Of a stretch of 64,000 bases of DNA, positions 61,622 to 64,000 are shown piece after piece (position 1 is the first letter of the stretch; every line of letters starts with the position of its first letter). The notes under the pieces were generated by a model, which made no database searches, was not told the DNA's origin, and saw only the letters and a list, made by a program, of their open reading frames with translations. A program made the translations under genes and the position numbers. This DNA comes from the human T2T-CHM13v2.0 reference genome, Homo sapiens, in NCBI RefSeq assembly GCF_009914755.1, contig NC_060936.1; one strand, 5' to 3'.

Positions 61622-62800
61622 CTCCTTTAAGCATTTCTTATAGGAAAGGTCTACTGTTGACAAACTGAATTTTTTTTAAAGCTAGAAATGTCTTAATTTC
61701 ACCTTCAGTTTTGAAGGATATTTTTTGTCAGATATAGAATTCTTGGCTGGCCTTTTTTTTTTTTTTCTCTCAGCACTTTAAATATATCATTCCATTGCCT
61801 CTGACTTCTATGGTTTCTGTTGAGAAATTTGTTTCATGTTCCTGAGAAGGCACTTTTTTTCTTGCTGGTTTCAATGTTTCCTCTTTGTTTCAAAAATTTG
61901 ATTATATCTCAGTATGGTTCTTTTTGAGTTCAGCATGCTTGGAATTTGTTGAGCATCTCAGAAGCGTAGATTTATATTTCCCATAAAATGTGGGCAGTGT
62001 TCTACCATTATTTCTTCAAATAAGCTATCTCCTTTTCTCTCTTTCTTTGTGTCTCTTCATCTTGCTCTCTTTGTTTTGCTCCTCTGAGACTCTGAAAATA
62101 TGTATGTTAGTCTGCTTGATAGTGCACCACAGCCCCCCTTATACTTTGTTTACTTTTATTCATTATTTTTTCTTACTGCTCCTGGGATTGGGCACTTTCA
62201 ATTGCCCTATCTTTAAGTTCACTTGTTCTTCTGCCTGCTCCAATTTGCTGTTGAAACCATCTAGTGAAATTTTCACTTCAGCCATTGTATTTTTTAAGTA
62301 TCAAAAATTTTGTTTGGCTACTTTTTGTAATTTCTACCTCTTTGTTCGTAGTCCCTGCTTGTTTATACATCATTCTCCTGATTTTCTGTAGTTCTTTGTT
62401 CCTGGTTCACTCAGTTTTTTGATTACATTTAAGAGAGTTAATTTGAAGTCTTTGTCTAGTATACCCAATGTCTGGGCTTCCTTAGGGATAGTTTCTGTCA
62501 ACTTCTTTCACTTTTGAGTGAATGGGCCAAACTTTCCAGTTTGTTTGTATGCTTTACAATATTAAATTGAGAACTGGACATTTTCACTATTGTAACATGC
62601 AACTCTGGAAATCAAATTCACCTCCTCCTTGGGGATTGCTGTTATTGCTTGGTGAGGGATGGATGCTGTTGTTATTTGTTTAGAAAATTTTGCCTGCATT
62701 TTTTCCTGAACTATATTCCTTGTGATGTGTAGTCATTGAGTTCTCTGTTCCATTTTCTTGTGATCAGCCATTATTCTGATAGAAATTTCCTTAAATTCCT
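61622..62800 (-). mobile_element. L1M ORF1/5' region (host continuation)
   Basis: TTTTGAAGGATATTTTTTGTCAGATATAGAATTCTTGGCTGG...TTGCTGTTGAAACCATCTAGTGAAATTTTCACTTCAG. Confidence 0.7.
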
Positions 62801-62866
62801 AGATTCAGTAGGAAAAGAAAAAAGAAAAAGAAAAACCCTGAGTAATTTCTCGTTAAATTATTTTGG

Positions 62867-64000
62867 GAAGAGGGAATTCAGGATGGCTAACTAGAGGCAT
62901 CCAGCACTTACCTCGTCCACAAGGAATAACCAAAATAGCAAGCAGATAATCACACTTCCAAGAAAGCATCTAAGAGAGAACACTGGAATTCAACAGAGAA
63001 ATTACAGGAAACACCCAAGGCATGGACGGAGAAGGAAGCAAAGTAGCCCAGCTCAGCCTTTGATCAGCTGGGATCCCAGAGTCACTCACCAGTGTGGGGA
63101 ATGGATAAATGAGAGATACCCAGTGGTCTACATTTCCACCATGGACTCCTGCAACCCTAGCCATTGGAGAGCTCCTCAAGCATTGCTGACCTTGGGACTA
63201 GCAGAGAGAGCTGCATAGATATCACATAATAACATTGCTCCAGAGAGGGAGTTCACACTGTGCTCCAGACCATCTTCTGAGTCCTAGCAGCTGCAGCACA
63301 ATGCCACTTTGAGAGCCTAGTCCCCACTTGCCTGCATTCTGCCTTGGGGCCCAGCAGCCCCTGCATCTACACATCCTTGAAGCCACACTGACATCCTCCT
63401 TTGTCTACCTGGAGGTCTGCAGCAGTGTAACACTGGTTGGACTCAGGGGAGCAGTAGGGTTCCCAGCACTCTAGCACACATAATGTATTGTGTCCTGGAA
63501 AATGCGTGGTGCAATGCATTGGGAAAGCTCTCCTTGGGACAAACATGCACTTATCAGAGCCCAAAATCCACTTGCCTGGGGCTATTGCCACTGACAGGAA
63601 CCCAGTCCTCACCAACAATAGAGCTTCAGTGCCCTTGCACATGCTCTGAGGAAAAGCTCTCTCAGCCTACAACTGCTGACACTGCTGCTGCTGGGGGCAA
63701 AGGTGTGCACAACTGGCAGCAACCCCTTTACCCCCAGCAGCAGGGATGCTGCACACTGGCACGCACACTGAGGGCTGCTCTCCCTGCAGCTACCATTGCC
63801 ACCATCAAGGCTACCATTATTGGGGGCTGAAGCATGCCCTCCCCAGAGCCTGACTGCTGCTTGCCTGTGGCTGCTGCCACTGGTAGCAACCCTGTTTCCC
63901 CAGCAGCAAGGCCATAGTGCACTTGCCTGTGCCCTGAGGTGGGGTCTCCTTGTTCACTGCAGCTGTTGCTACTGCCACCCAAGCATTCCACTGGGGAACC
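62867..64000 (+). mobile_element. Older primate L1 5'UTR (L1PB/L1P4/L1M1-type), runs past the window end
   Basis: CAGGATGGCTAACTAGAGGCATCCAGCAC...GATAATCACACTT...GAGAGAACACTGGAATTCAACAGAGAA; GC-richer, repetitive UTR. Confidence 0.7.

Overview
Primate (human-like) AT-rich genomic DNA, roughly 55-60% LINE-1 by my estimate, with no recognisable host protein-coding gene, RNA gene or CRISPR array. Every ORF I can assign a product to is a broken L1 ORF1/ORF2 piece or L1 ORF0. Layout: a minus-strand L1PA5-like element (1-5637; its 3' end lies outside the window); ~17 kb of unique DNA sprinkled with MIR, L2, L3, MER44A and Alu; a near full-length L1MA5-like element inside an L1MB (22.8-30.5 kb); ~9.5 kb of mostly unique DNA; and a 24-kb nest in which an old L1MB/L1M hosts L1PA8 (itself hosting an internally deleted L1PA6), an Alu, an orphan retrocopy, L1PA7 (hosting an Alu) and a plus-strand L1 5' end. 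Almost all L1s are on the minus strand, which suggests an intron of a + strand transcription unit. Signals not explained by ordinary repeat annotation: (1) a ~1-kb TSD-flanked retroposed cassette polyadenylated at a MER4 LTR signal (20948-21944); (2) a pair of ~116-bp, ~87%-identical inverted copies of a sequence I do not recognise, bracketing that cassette; (3) a ~670-bp orphan polyadenylated retrocopy (52223-52892); (4) an open, extended L1 ORF0 that reaches a splice donor; (5) a 31-bp L1 insertion with a perfect 12-bp TSD. I find no evidence for a novel multi-gene system. Subfamily names come from remembered consensus sequences, not from a database search.
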